A stretch of DNA of 62,653 bases, filler included, from Choristocarpus tenellus KU-1152 (Eukaryota > Protista > Phaeophyceae): assembly GCA_964200185.2 (NCBI GenBank). It is 11 parts of 11 records of this genome, joined end to end, with 100 filler letters (N's around TTAATTAATTAA, not from the genome) between each part and the next. Parts side by side here need not be neighbours in the genome. Positions count along the whole stretch, not along the records: positions 33,997 to 40,178 come from CAXNAD020008735.1; positions 40,279 to 44,647 come from CAXNAD020014869.1; positions 44,748 to 47,435 come from CAXNAD020025638.1; positions 47,536 to 57,836 come from CAXNAD020003006.1; 7 more parts are not named here. One strand, given 5' to 3'. The position numbers and the translations under genes are program-made. Positions 34,094-47,722 of the stretch are shown in pieces; the stretch's first letter is position 1, and each line of letters starts with the position of its first letter. The notes beneath the pieces were generated by a model, which was given only the letters and a program-made list of their open reading frames with translations, was not told the DNA's origin and did no database searches.

Positions 34094-37000
34094 CCTCTTC
34101 TCTTCCTCTCGCTTGGCCTTCTCCTCCTCCTCGCCAGCCTTGTCCTTTTCAATGGCATACTTGAGGAGTACCTTTTCTTGTCTCCTTTCCTCCTCTGCCT
34201 TCTCTTTCACCAATTGTCTCTGTCGTAGGTTGAAGTCTCTCACCTTGGAAGGCATTTCCAAACACAAAACACACACGCGCACACAAAACACACATAGTAA
34301 AATTATGTCGATGGAACATTATAGCACAAGCAGAAAAATAGAATAATATTTTACAACGGAAAATTATTATTATTCTCAAGCAAATAAAGTACATAAAAAT
34401 AGAACAATATCTACTGCCTTACAGGGTATTAAAGCATGTATGTGTGCGTGTATCACCAAATACATCTACCTCATTATATCCAGCAAACTACATGCTCACA
34501 TATATCCAACCTATTAAAGGAACGCCAGCATGGGCACCACCTACATGTTCCTCACACACTCCACACTAATTTTTAAAAAATGTATTAGATGACATTTGTT
34601 GGGCAATAGCAAGGCTTAGTCAGGACCATGGGGTCACAGTCCATCTCGGAGCTGCATTTTAGACGATTTCAATATCTTAGAAATGAATTCCAATATCTTA
34701 GACAATTAATTTCAATGTCTTAGTCAATGAATTTCAATATCTTAGACAATTCCAAAATCTTCTGGGTGTGGATCAAGTTGTCATACCAGCATGTATCATA
34801 TATCATGTATCATGTATCGTGTATAATTGTTTTGGTGACTACAATATTGACTTTGCTCAATACTGTCTTCCCCCATACCCCTTCTTGCCAACAACTTATA
34901 TGACTCCCATACCCCTTGCCAACAAATAGAATGATCACATGCCAACCCCCCCCCCCAACAAAATACCCCTCTGTCTTGAACCTCTGTGCTGTCATGTATC
35001 ATCCATTGGCATCAACCTGTACCCCCTAAATACCACTGTCAAACATCGTCTAGTTAGTTTAGTTCATTGGAGGTTTCTCACTTCAGCAGCGAGTGTAAGG
35101 ATTGCTGGCATGTCTGATTACATCATAACCCCATCAGATACTATCAAATGTCACTGCTGTTGGAAGGGGCAATGGACTTGCTAAAAGGTTACACTTGACT
35201 GCCCAAAAACATAAAATAAAAAGCATATCTTGTACAATGGGAACACATTTATTGAAGTATACTCTCATTCACCTAACCCTAACCCTAACCCATTGTTATT
35301 ATGGTACAAAAGATAATATGCCCTAACCCTAACATCCTTTTTCTTAATCAGTGGTTATATTATCAACAAAACTCTTGCTATGGAGTAAATCATTCTAAGC
35401 ATATGGAGGGGGCTTCAGAAAAATCGATCTCATAAACTGCAATTTTTACATAAATTTTGAAGTACATACCTACAATTCAAAACAAAAAGGTGCATATATA
35501 TATGTATATATATAGCGAGAGAGAGTACAAAAAAAGAAAAGTACACAATTAAAAACCAAATATATATAAAAAATTCTTCTAATTCTTTTTCTGATAAGAA
35601 AAACTCAATTGTTGAATCTAAAAATATGTATATATATATAGAGAGAGAGAGTACAAAAAAAAGAAAAGTACACAATTAAAAACAATATATACATGTATAT
35701 AAAGAGAGAGAGTACAAAAAAAAGAAAAGTACACAACTAAAAACAATATATATATGTATATATATAGAGAGTACAAAAAAAAGGAAAGTATACAATTAAA
35801 TAAAAAATATATATATGTATATATATAGAGAGTACAAAAAAAAGAAAAGTACACAATTAAAAACAATATATACATGTATATAAAGAGAGAGTAAAAAGAA
35901 AAGAAAAGTACACAATTAAAAACAAAAAGTATGTAGACATATATAGAGTACAAAAAAAGAAAATTACACAATTACAGATAAAAATAAAACTCCTACTAGT
36001 ACAGAAAGAAATGAAGTACTAGTACATGCCTACATTAATAACAAAAATTAAACATATACCTGTATTAGTAATATGAGCAACATGCATGTACTACGATATA
36101 CAACCCACTGCACACGTAAAGGTACACCTTGAACTGACCTCTGCACCCCTGGCATAGGCCTCCTCCTTCAAGGTCTTTTCCTTTTCCTCATGCACCTTAA
36201 CCATTTCACGCAGCTCTGTCAGTTCTGTTAACTCTTCTCTGGCTGAATTCTCCCAGAGCTGCTTCCGACACTCCGCATTGTACGCCACCTTAAAAACATT
36301 AAAAATATTAAAGACATTAAAGACATTAAAAACATTCAACTTAAAATATATATATACATACACACCTGGGGATGGCGTTTTTTTGTAGGTAGAAGGCTTT
36401 CGTTGTGTGATAGGATAAGAGGTAGAACTGGAGAACTAGGCATGATGTAATAAAATAATATGTAATAATGATATGACAGTTGTGGGGACAGGGTTAGGGT
36501 TATTGAGGCTGGGTTAAGAGTTAGGGCTAAGGATGGGACCAGGGTTTAAAGGTTAGGGTTAGGGGTAGGGTTAGGGTAAGGGTTAAGGGTGGAATCAGAG
36601 TCAAAACGTGTGGATTGGGGATGTATAAAAATTTTGGGGTTAAATGTGGATTGTGGATGTATAAAAATTAGGGTTAGGGTTAGTGCAGACCAGAAGGTTG
36701 GTACTTACACAATTTGTGCATCAATTGTGCATCAAACACCTGGTGAGAATAAAAAAAAGAAATCACGCACGTTTTAAATTGTGTATGTATTCCCCAGTAG
36801 CAGCACCCTTCCCTTCTAGTGTTAGGGGTTTTTTTAGAGTTTTCATTCAACATACATATCCCCACAGGGAATCCTCCGTACAAAATAGAGTATATGCTCT
36901 TTGAATAGTAGATACAGTAACAATTGCTTTCAAAAAAGACAAAAAAAGACAAAAATATATATATTTTGTTATTGGTTTATCATTCAAAAAAGCAATAATG

Positions 37001-40000
37001 TCAGGCATCTTAGCAACTGCCACTGTTGAATACATGATTATGAAAATAAAGAATAACTCATTCATGTTTCATACTCACATATTTATTACTTTTAACCAGT
37101 GAATCTTACATCATTTATATCAACTACATCATTCACATCATTTCTATTATTTATATAATTTACATCATACACATGATTTATATCATTTGCATCATTTATA
37201 CCATTCATATCTACATTATTTATATCATTTATATCATACACACCATTCATATCTATAGAATTTATATCATTTATACAAATTTATAGCATTTACACATGGT
37301 CATTTTGATCAATTGGCCTAGAGAGCATATGCCATATTAGATGTATAAACCTAACCCTAACACTAACCTCAAATGCTACACTTATTATTCTCATTACTAT
37401 CACCATCATCTTTTGTAAGAAGTATCCACAAATAAAAATCTTATTATTCTTATTAATATCCTACAGAACACACCAGTACAACCTGTCACAAACTTGACCA
37501 CATCGAGGAAGTGATCCAGATCCAAACTTGACCACATGCCACCTAATTGGAGTGAATGCAAAAAGGAGACAGGTAGGTCTGTACCACCACCTCTCTCCAA
37601 GCAGTCCCAAAAACAAGGAACTATGGTCTCACTCCCTCCACCCCATCTCCTCTCAGCATAAACAAGCCTACACACAAGCAAACCCTCTCAATTGCACCAT
37701 TCTCCCTTCACACTAAGACGCCCCTACATGTTGATACTGCTTCCTACTCAAATGGACCAGGGGGGCCAGGTCCGTTCCACTTGGGAGTAGATTGCGACCA
37801 TCAGCACCACTCGCAATATAAAAAAATATAAATATATATTTAACCTACTCCCAACGAGACCCCCCTCCTCCGTTCTTTCTTTCTTTTTTCTCTTGATATG
37901 AGCATATTATGCGTATATATATATATATATGTATATGTATGTGTGTGTGTGTGTGTACCTACATGTACTCCAGGATGTTCGTCTATTTTTTATTTTATCA
38001 ACAGTTCCGCTTCAAAACTAAGCACCTACGGATGTCTTGCACTTTGTCTTGCACTTTGTCTTGCACTTTGGTATGCATTATGCACTCACACACCTTTCCC
38101 ACTGTGACCGGCCAAGGCGACGTGGTGTGGGTCAGGCGCACAACCGCCTTCCATGGTGACACCTACAACATTTAATCACACTGTGTGTTCTGCTCCAAAT
38201 GAGCGCAGACAATCACAGTTGGGTAATCAGGAAATCGCTGCTCTCAGGGTCTCAACCCCTGCCCAGTGTATGTCTCAACCCCTCTCTCACTTCCTTACTG
38301 AACATTGCCCCTGAGAGGTACGTTCTCATCGCTCCTCATTGAATGGAACTCATCCGCTCTGACACACTAGCAGTCACGTATACTACGGTGGTACCTTAGT
38401 ACTTAGTCATGTGATACTCTGTAACACAGCAGTCATGTGGTACTCTGCAACACGGTAGAAGAGTGGTACCCACTACTTTTATTTTATTTTTCACTCCTGC
38501 ACCCAATAGGTACACACCACAAACAGAGGCTTAAGAAGAAGAAAAAAAAAAGGGTTAACAAAATCGATCTAGAGGGCATCAACAACAAAAAAAAAAATTG
38601 TTAAATATACAATTTCTATACCCGCTTCAAAAACAAGGGTTTGTACTGCACAGGGGAAGCTTTCTTATTCATCTCTCTTTACTCACCTGTATGTCCAAAT
38701 CCTTTCTCATGCACTCGTTTTGATGAGCCCGTCTTGCTGCGGACGCCTCCTCCTGCTGCTCCAGGTAGCGCATTCGTTCATGTATCTTCTTCAAGTACGC
38801 TAGGTCACTAAGCTCATCAGCCTGTGTTTGTTTTTGTTTTATTTTTAATTTTATTTTATTTTAATTTTTTTGAGGGGGGGGGTTTTAACACAATATCACC
38901 ATTGCCCACCCCGCCATCGACACCATCCGGGATTATGACATTGCATCCCCATGTGTCCAAGGGGAGACAAGGGAACGTGAGGAATTGTTAGCACTTATCA
39001 AAAACTTATCAAAAAAACTGTAAGGAATTGGTAGCTGTTTGGGTCAGATAGTCAGGGACAACAGATGTGATGTGACTTTCACTTGAAAAAACAATAAATA
39101 TTAACAGTACAAATATATACAGTACAAATATATACAGTACAAATACATACAGTACAAATATACACAGTACAAATACATACAGTACAAATATATACACTCA
39201 AGAACACAAGCATGTCCCGGAACTGTATCGGTGTTACGGGACGCGTCTCGGTTACGAGAACAAAAGTGGAAACACTTTCCAGGGAAGGTATGTAAGGGTA
39301 GAGCACAGCAATACAAATAACAACAGCAGGTGCACCTCTCGACAAGGGGAAAAGTCCGTCTATCCTCGGACAACCTGAGGTATACCTTGCATACACATTT
39401 CAAGTCGCTTCGTAGGTAGTGTAGTACGCCAATGCATATGTTTGCAAATCATATTTCTTCCTCGTCACCCATTGATGTCACCACCACCACCACCTCCACC
39501 ACCTCCACCCCCTGCCAAGAAAATTCAGCTCACGTGCTAGCACTCACACTTTTTTATTTTTTTATCAAACGCCTCTGCAAAACACTTATTTGTATTAATT
39601 GTAATAACAATTGCATTGAGAGAATTTGTTTTTGTTTTTGTTTAATCGTAATCGTTACAACGTGAAGACTCAGGAAGGGTTAGGGCTAGGGTTAGGGCTA
39701 GGGTTAGGGATCAGAATAGAACCGAACTGTGACATGCTATGAATATATAGCCCCAAGATCTGCAGCCCAAGCCAAAAAAAGACACCATATCAGGTGGAAC
39801 ACCCACACATTATGCCAGCAGTATCAGAACGCCGAATCAGAGAAAAAAAGAAGCATGAACTCCCAAATGTACCTCATCACCCCCTTCAAGAAAAGCTCTG
39901 CTTGTCTCTTCCAAAATGCCTGTCCATCACAGAAATCCTACATGGCTGCTACCATCATGACTGCATACCGCCTCTACTAAACCTATGAACTCCACGTACC

Positions 40001-40141
40001 TCCTTCTGCCGCTCCTTCTCTGCCACCTGCTGCCATCTCTTAGAGGTCACCCAATCCACAGTGGCTTTGGAGTCGAGGGCGCGCGCTTCATCACAAGCAT
40101 CACGCCACTGCCGATTATAGCATTGCTGAACATATTGACGC
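34094..40141 (-). CDS. Coiled-coil flagellar protein, CFAP53/trichohyalin-plectin-homology-like, internal exons 40141-40000, 38821-38687, 36288-36139, 34243-34094 (partial both ends)
   Basis: Four GT-AG-bounded exons join in phase 0: RQYVQQCYNRQWRDACDEARALDSK..., ADELSDLAYLKKIHERM...DLDIQ, VAYNAECRKQL...ARGAE, VRDFNLRQRQL...REEEKR. The QWRxxCDExR motif resembles CFAP53/CCDC11. Confidence 0.75.
35495..35975. repeat. Intronic minisatellite, ~55-60-nt unit GAGAGTACAAAAAAAAGAAAAGTACACAATTAAAAACAATATATATATGTATATATATA, about 7 copies
   Basis: Direct reading. Confidence 0.9.
36490..36684. repeat. Degenerate interstitial (TTAGGG)n tract
   Basis: GGTTAGGGTTAGGGGTAGGGTTAGGGTAAGGG etc. Similar tracts at ~35273-35332, 37348-37370, 39677-39709 and 47290-47308. 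Confidence 0.8.
39104..39196. repeat. 15-nt tandem repeat ACAGTACAAATAYAT x6
   Basis: Direct reading. Confidence 0.9.
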
Positions 40142-40880
40142 CTGTGGGTTGGGTATGAGGGAGGGGGAGGGGGGGGTGNNNNNNNNNNNNNNNNNNNNNN
40201 NNNNNNNNNNNNNNNNNNNNNNTTAATTAATTAANNNNNNNNNNNNNNNNNNNNNNNNNNNNNNNNNNNNNNNNNNNNGTGGTAGAGACCGGGAATCAGT
40301 GGCGAAGGGGTCGCACTGGCTGGTCATCGGATGGGGGGGGTGACGAGAAATCAGTGGTGAAAGGGGTTCGCCCGGGTGGTCATCGGATGGAAGGGGTGAC
40401 TGGAAATCAGTGGCAAGAGGGGTTTGTCATCAGAGTTGGGGTGGCTGGAAATCAGTGGCAAAGTTGTTTTGCCCTGGTTGGTCACAAGGGGGGTTAGAAT
40501 AGGGAGAGGAGAGGATTAGGGAGGAAGGCAAAAATAGAAAATAAAAGAATAATAATAATCCAGAATTCGTGAGCAAAACAAACCATCCTCAATAGTACGC
40601 TCCATCCTCAATTTTTAAAATCCACTTTTTAATACTGTACATTTGTTACACAAAATTTCATACTGGAAATGACAATCAAGGGTTGATGTACTACAGTTTT
40701 TGGTTCGTACAAAAGCAAAACTGATGATGCTTCGATAGACCTGTATCAATATGGGTAATTGGTACCTATCTCACACACGCTCCTACTGTTGAGATCTCTA
40801 TGTCACTTCATAATCCACCCCACTGAAAATATATAGCCCAGGAGAATTTATCATTTATCACGCCCGGTTTGCTTTGAACC

Positions 40881-42395
40881 ATGAAGCTATCGGCCTCAAA
40901 CCTGCCATCTACATCGCATCGCCGAGCCCAAGTTATACTCGAAAAGCCGACGACCTTGATGCTATTGCGTCAGCTAGAAATACCCGAGAAAGGAGGTCAA
41001 CAACGAACGCATCGTGGCCAGAAGATTCGTCGTCATCGACATAATCGTACAGCAAGAGCTGTAAGACACTTGACCTTGGAGCTATCTATTTCCAAAATAA
41101 TAATTGCTTATTTGGCATACATTGCTGCTGAAGTCGAACCACAGAGAAGTGTAATGACACCCCCAACGGAATCGCTTTGCGATGTTGCTGACTTTTAACA
41201 GAAGTTGCGAGAACGTGAAAAAATCGCAGCGATAGCTAGGGCCAAGTATGCATCTATGCCGAAGGAGGAACGGAGTCACGCTGCAGCGAGTGCGATTCAA
41301 GCTGTGAGCATTGCAAATGCAACTGTTTCAAGGAGTGGGATATGAGGCTATCAATGCACAAAAGAGCACTGGGTGGGCTAGTTTTAGGATTGTTTTCCCT
41401 CTCACTCCAATGAAATATATGTGCCATGACACCAAAGATTGTACTCTGAGCAATCGATACAAATAGTGTAACTCAGGATGTGATTGGCGAGCTCAGGGAA
41501 CAATTTTGAATGGACTCCTTGTGATATTACTTGGATGCAATAAAAGAAGATGTGGCCACAGTTAATTAGGGTGCATATGCCTTGCGCAACGGGGACATAT
41601 ATTTTGTCTTGAAAATCTCCACCTCATACATTCGAGAGGGAGAGGAAGAGGGAGAGGGAGAGGGGGGAAAACACGAGCGAGTGTGGGACATAGTGGCATA
41701 GGTTTTGACGAAGTAAACTCTGCCAAGTCAATTCTTGCTGGCTCCCAGGCAACTCCTGTTGAGTATAGTATCAAGCTGAGCAAGAGCAGCGTTTTGAAGC
41801 ACAATCAAGTCGGAAAGACGAAGCACAAAGTACGAGCTAGGCTGCACAACCAGAACAGCACACTCAGAACATATCATCGAAGGACAGCTTTTTGATCTAG
41901 CCATGCAATATGACACAGTACCCCTTCATTCTCAACATTATGAAATCAGCGATATTGAGACATCCTTCTGATCACTAACTCTGGTTGAATATATGTGTGT
42001 ATCAGATAGTGCGAGGCCTTAAATCAAGGGTAGCAGCATCTAAAATGTTGCAGGCCATAAAGTGTGCTGAACGCTGGACTCCAAATATGACATTTAGACT
42101 CTACTCCAAGCTTCAGCTCCAGACTGAATCTGAAAGAGAAGGGAGGATCCTTTGGGGTGAAACAATGACAAACTCATACGAAACAGCAAGCAACGCAACT
42201 GGTGAGTAGGTATTTGAAAATGCAACTTTGACTGATCACTTAGAGCACTTTGCTAAACAGCTCCTGTGAAGAGTTCGAGTCAATCGACTATGGTTTGCAA
42301 GTTTCTGGACAAAGCTGCACAAGAGTGGTATCCAATCTAACGTTTTGAGAGAGTGAAATCATATCTGCATTTTCTTGTTTTCAGAACTGCAATGA
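40881..42395 (+). CDS. Small IQ-motif (calmodulin-binding-type) protein, ~162 aa; exons 40881-41060, 41202-41303, 42006-42201, 42385-42395
   Basis: GT-AG introns in phases 0,0,1. The exon 2/3 junction rebuilds an IQ motif AASAIQA|IVRGLKSR. The terminal exon (ELQ*) is tentative. Confidence 0.6.
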
Positions 42396-44022
42396 AAACA
42401 CCTTACAATCCTAAAGTCTGGTGCACTTTCTGTACTAGGACAGCAGTGCAGCAAAGTCAACAGGCCATCATATCAGTCAGTCTACAGTCTGGTTGCAGAA
42501 ATGCAACCTCAAACCTACACACAAACACTGGAGTAGTATACACTGCTTGTAGAGAAGGAGCAAGCAACAAACTGTTATACATATTGCCATGCTAAATGTG
42601 TTGCTTCAATCTGCTGCAAGATTGCCAGGTATATTTTGATGATGCCATTACCGAAGGTTGGTTTCTCAATCTGGCGGCCGACTACAACCTCCTAAGTCTA
42701 CCACAGGTCACTCATTCCAGTGCATTAGCCTTGTTCCACCGCCATGCTCGCCACCTGACAGAAAGGTGAGATCCGGGCATTAGAACTTCGATCCTCTCTG
42801 ATGCGCCTACCTCAAGTTTTTCAATTGATGCAGCCTTGTAGAGTGCACAACATGTCCTTGTCTGATGCACCAATTGAAGACTATGAACGCCACAAAGTGC
42901 GAAAAATAGAAAATTTGCGTACAGTCCTGGAGGTAAACCCCTAAAGAAGACATCAATGATACCTAGAATGTAATGCAAAAAAGCACCGTCTTTGTTTTGT
43001 TTCTGTCAGAGCCCTGCTTCGATCAAGAGCGAAAGGTCTCTTTGCTTTCCTGACAAAGCACACCGAAACGAAGCGACTGGGCCTGGATATGGTCGACAAG
43101 CTAACAGATGCCTTAGGGATCCCCAAAATGGGTGAAACAGTTGCAAGGTGAGCCCCTCACGATGATTCTTCTTCCCTTAAAAACTCTATTTCCACATGCT
43201 CGTTTTGGACCCTCAGACCTGAGAATATTGCTCCATGAAGGGAATTTATATAATGTCAGTGACCTGACTCGCGACAACATGTGGGACCAACACCAAAAGC
43301 CTTCATTTGTTCCTTTTTTGTGTCTCAGGGCATATACATACGCTGACAATAAACTGGATATTACAGGATTCCTTCGATACATTCAAGACCGAAATTTGAT
43401 CGGCAAAACTGTCAATGACCATAATGTGAGTGCTGCAGAAATGTTCAAACACTCTGCAAACAAGGATAGGGCATTGACAGTAAGTACCTTGTAAATGTTA
43501 CAAGGAAACGGAAAACCAGTACTTCACCATAACCTTGACAAAAGCATTTTCAGGCTCTGAAGAGATCCTGCTGAGCATCATCAGCAACGTGCTTAACTGG
43601 AGTTGGATTGAACATCCTTGTCTCTTACTTGAGAAAAGAGAGGGGAGTGCAAGCAAGGGCGTCAACAGTAGAAATGATTATTTTATTCACTCCAATCGTA
43701 TCAAGAAAAATTTGACAGGAATGCAAACTAATGTCTGTGCAAAGTTTCTGGCATGGCACAAAAATGCATTTTTTAGATCCCCACTTGTCTACATTGTGTC
43801 TAACAACCAACCCTGTTGATGCCCACCAACCTAGCACACTAGAATGTGCAGTGAGTTTTTTCCATTTCATTCTTTGCTCTGTACCACCCCAGATTGCTGC
43901 TGTTCCATTATGAAAATTGCGCCTTATTGAAAAAGAGAGCTTGATCTTCCCTCTGGAAAAACACTCAGCTGGAAAATCCGACCTCTGTCAGCCTTTCCAA
44001 AAAAATACCATGACAAAAAAGG

Positions 44023-44507
44023 TCAGCACCATGAGCCATCATACAATGTGCAACAACCCCAAACCGGAAAAAAACAATTTTGGCCTTCTTCTGAACAGGA
44101 TTCCATGGAAGAAGTCACCTCAGAATGTGAGTCCAACTCAGTAGCATCAGCATTCATTGCGACTGACTCCACAACAGAAAATGAGATATCATCGGGGACT
44201 GATGTGAGCTCTTCGTTTGAAGAAACCTCGGTGAATGAGGAAGGCATCAAAATGTTGGCAATGATGGGAATGAAATACGACGGCCTGGTGGCGGCCATAG
44301 AGGTAGGTGCATGGAGGCGGGAACAGGCAAGACCACATTTGGAGTGTGAAGTAGAGCTCTCTCCTGGTTGTCCAAGGATATGCAGCTGTGCACAGTCTTG
44401 GGGCAGTTCTTTAGGTGCCACCTTGAAACGATTTTCAAGCAACTGGGTAAAAACACTGTTTTGGTGGTATAGCACTCCATAGTAGCCTGCTCTTGTCCAC
44501 TGTACTG
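44023..44507 (-). CDS. Probable exon of an unidentified gene
   Basis: A ~160-codon open frame follows the acceptor CTTCCTAG|, with protein-like composition and an acidic Ser-rich tail. No family recognised; donor not resolved. Confidence 0.35.
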
Positions 44508-45012
44508 CTAGGAAGCGGTATCCCAGAACATTGATGGTGGAGTATCTTCACATGGGTTAGGAATCTTCCATAGGGTCAAAGTATCTGGGGGGGGGGGGGG
44601 GGGGGGGGAAGGGCGGTCGGCCATGAATCATTAGGACTTTCATTTTTNNNNNNNNNNNNNNNNNNNNNNNNNNNNNNNNNNNNNNNNNNNNTTAATTAAT
44701 TAANNNNNNNNNNNNNNNNNNNNNNNNNNNNNNNNNNNNNNNNNNNNCATCCAACTTTTCGGAAATTGCCTTGCCTCACATCCATTACCATCCTCCATCT
44801 TTCGTGCACCTCTTGAGCTTGAGATTACCGGAGTGGTGGAACGAAAATCTACATTGAGAAAGAGACCACTCTCGTATGTCAACCATGGAATGCCTCGTAG
44901 GGGAGTTTTGACACGTACAGGAATGTGTAGGATGTTCGCAATGCTCATATGGAATCCACTCTCTCTGTAAGGCTCAACATTCCTCAACATTCCATCGATT
45001 CACATGTGCAAG

Positions 45013-47435
45013 ATACGGGAGTCGAACAGGATGACTACTTCAGCACGCTGGGTAAGGCTTTCATTGGGCTTCGTCTTATGTTGGAAGCCTATCCCTCCAA
45101 GAAATGGTTTGTTGTGATTGGTGATGATAACTATGTTCTACTAGACAGCTACATCACTCTCCTTTCTGCCTTCGACCCAGACAAGCCCTGGGCTTTAACA
45201 CGAATGGTGTACACCAGAAAATTTGGCTGCAAGGTAAGATGAGTGTAAGGGTTGTGGGAGAATTTTGAGTGCTATGTTGCCCCAACTGATGGATAAGGGG
45301 AGGGGGAAGATGAGTACAGGAGGCAGTTGCCGTTTTTTTAAATGGAAATCGTTCCCGATTTATCTCTGGTTGCTCTATTGTTTAGAGTTACTGGAAACCT
45401 CAATATCTGAGATTGTCTCAACTACTATGGTATCAATTAGCCGATTGGTTCTCAATATCTGAGATTATCTCAACTACTATTGTGTCAACTAGCTGATTGG
45501 TTCTCCACACCCATGTCTGCCAACCCGCAACCCTCCCCACCCTGTTGACTTGACCTTTCCCACCTATGCCTTGTGCTTGATTCTGGATACCAAATATCAC
45601 ACACACTGTAGGCGGCTGGGGGTGCCAGCATTATCACAAGCCGGGCCATGACACAGGAGCTTGCTCGCAGCCTTGAGCCCTGGTACCAAGGTATCTATGA
45701 CCGTTCCAAGGGTAACGTCAAGAAGGCCAGCATAGAAGACAAGTTTCATGATATCTCCTTCCAGAGGTGAGTCTTAGATACCCATTAGATGAACTAGGTA
45801 CAGAGTATTTGATGTTTGCGTATGAAGACCTTGTTATTTCCCTTATTTTTGTTCAGCTCAAGGTGAAGTTTGTTTCAAGTGGGCATAAATAATCCCATCC
45901 ACTGGTGAAGGAAACTGGTGAGGGCATTTGAGGGGTGGGTGTTGATGGGTGATGAGTGGAAGAGGTTCAAACGTTGCATTTGCTGCTTTTGATGGCGATG
46001 AATAGCTACTCAATTGTTGTTGTTCAAAGGGGGAGCAGGCTGTAGGTGGAAGATGCTGTAGTTTTCATGTACAGCAAATGTGTCTTGGAGTTCAAGTAGT
46101 TGGAACTTGTGATGCGCTATAGTGTTATAGTATTCTTTTGTTGGGTCGGGAATGCTGATTACTTCACAATCGACTATGCCTTTTGACTGAGTTCTAGTTT
46201 TTAGTGCATCCTGATCCTGGCTTTACAGGTGGTCATGAATCAACAATTTCGGGCAAAGGGCATGCGTCGATATTTGTTCTATTAGGAGTCTTGTAGAGCC
46301 TCTGATATTTTGAAGGATTGGTGGTGACCCCTTGACCTTTCCCATGTATTCATCCTTGCCAACCACGATAAAGGTGCACTTCTGGAAGCATCTTCAAATA
46401 CATGTTTCTGAGGTTTAACCTCTAATTCTGTGCCGAGTTGGATTAATAATGTTTGGAATTAAAAAAAATTCCATTCTCAACACTTGGCAAACTGAGTTTA
46501 TCAAATCTCTCTGGAGGAAGCTGAACATCTCGATGAAAGTCATGATTTCAGCTGCTAGACTGTTGAAAACCATCGGAACCAAAATGGTTGATAGGAGAGG
46601 GGGGGGAGGGACAGGCACATTTTTTGTGCAAGAGGCAAAGAATTAGGAGTAACGGCAAGGTGTTATACTTTCAAAATTTGTATGATACGTAAACCACAAA
46701 ATTGCATGGTATGAATGCACTTGGACAGATTTGCTGACAAAACAGCCGCTAAGGGATGAGCGTATTGAAAAATCAGATCCCCTCATGACACCTAGTGTTT
46801 GTTTTTTTGCTATCCATGAATCTGGCGCCGGTTTGTTATGGCCTATCTCTTTTCTGGAGCTAGACTGGCGGTTATCACACTGCAAAAGTAGAAAGGAAAA
46901 GGCCAGACCAACACGTAATGCATGAAGGGCCTCATAATTTAGTTTCTTAATAGTAGCGTGTAGAAATGATGCAGTGCACCTGCCAGATTGTTGCATGGCA
47001 AGCCAATACCAGGAGCATTGTGTCGGCTAACACCATTGGGCTAGATTAGATATCTGCCTGGGATTTGTTGGTGTTGATGAAATGTGCTGGTGCGGTGAAT
47101 TGAATCTGTGAATTGAATATGTGAATTGTGGAAGCTTCCCTTCAGGATAAACTACTGATATACGCAAAAGATTCGCAAAAGATTCGCAAAAGATTCAAGA
47201 TGGAATAACAAAACCTGGTCTCATCAGCCTACTGGTATTTTCTTCAGAGTCCTCAATGCAACACTGAAGAACAAATCCAGTTGAAATCAGGGTTAGGGTT
47301 AGGGTTAGCAACAGCTACATCAAGCAATACTTACATTTTGCCTTCCACCTTCCCCTCCCCCCCCCCCACACCCTACCTAGGCTGGTAGAGCACCATAACC
47401 ACTCATGGGTGCACCTGAGCGAGCTACTCCATGAG
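45013..47435 (+). CDS. Fringe-like / GT31 beta-1,3-glycosyltransferase, partial; exons ~45013-45233, 45612-45766, 47381-47435
   Basis: KKWFVVIGDDNYVLLDSYITLLSAFDPDKP (cf. WFxxxDDDTYV..L..LL..YDP..P), then GGASIITSRA (cf. GGAGxxLS) and HDISF (cf. EDV). Splice phases 0 and 2 are consistent. Confidence 0.82.
45399..45505. repeat. Two-copy ~52-nt intronic tandem repeat
   Basis: CTCAATATCTGAGATTRTCTCAACTACTAT...GATTGGTT twice. Confidence 0.85.
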
Positions 47436-47535
47436 NNNNNNNNNNNNNNNNNNNNNNNNNNNNNNNNNNNNNNNNNNNNTTAATTAATTAANNNNNNNNN
47501 NNNNNNNNNNNNNNNNNNNNNNNNNNNNNNNNNNN

Positions 47536-47722
47536 GTGGTGGGTGGTGGGTTGGGCTGGTCTTGTGTGGTGTTGGCGTCCGTTTTTCACCCTTTTTCGAT
47601 TTTCACTTTTTGGTGTGATTTGGTCTCACGTGTCGGATTTGATATGTCAGGAAAAAAAAGAGTTGTTTGACCGAAACGGGCGCCCCCTCACAAACCACCG
47701 CCCCCCCCAGATACTTTGACCC
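47536..47722. mobile_element. Partial MITE with the same CCCCCAGATACTTTGACCC terminus (third subfamily; other ends at 17051-17067, 44573-44609, 57937-57982)
   Basis: The terminus is shared with family B but the interior differs (GGCGTCCGTTTTTCACC, whose reverse complement is at 57937). Confidence 0.6.

Noticed and set aside
35430-35971. Hydrophobic F/Y/I/L-rich ORFs resembling membrane proteins (also 39009-39403)
   Set aside because: Translations of AT-rich minisatellites inside introns.
35495-35975. Regularly spaced repeat as a CRISPR array
   Set aside because: No unique spacers, eukaryotic intron context and no cas genes.
36490-36684. True telomere
   Set aside because: Degenerate, short and internal to an intron.
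42600-43900. Exon-like segments on both strands (e.g. ORF 43132-43494)
   Set aside because: I could not build a phase-consistent model or decide the strand.
45950-46750. Possible MULE transposase relic in the GT31 intron (FKRCICCF, ILANHDKGALLEA)
   Set aside because: Resemblance too weak and fragmented to support without a profile search.
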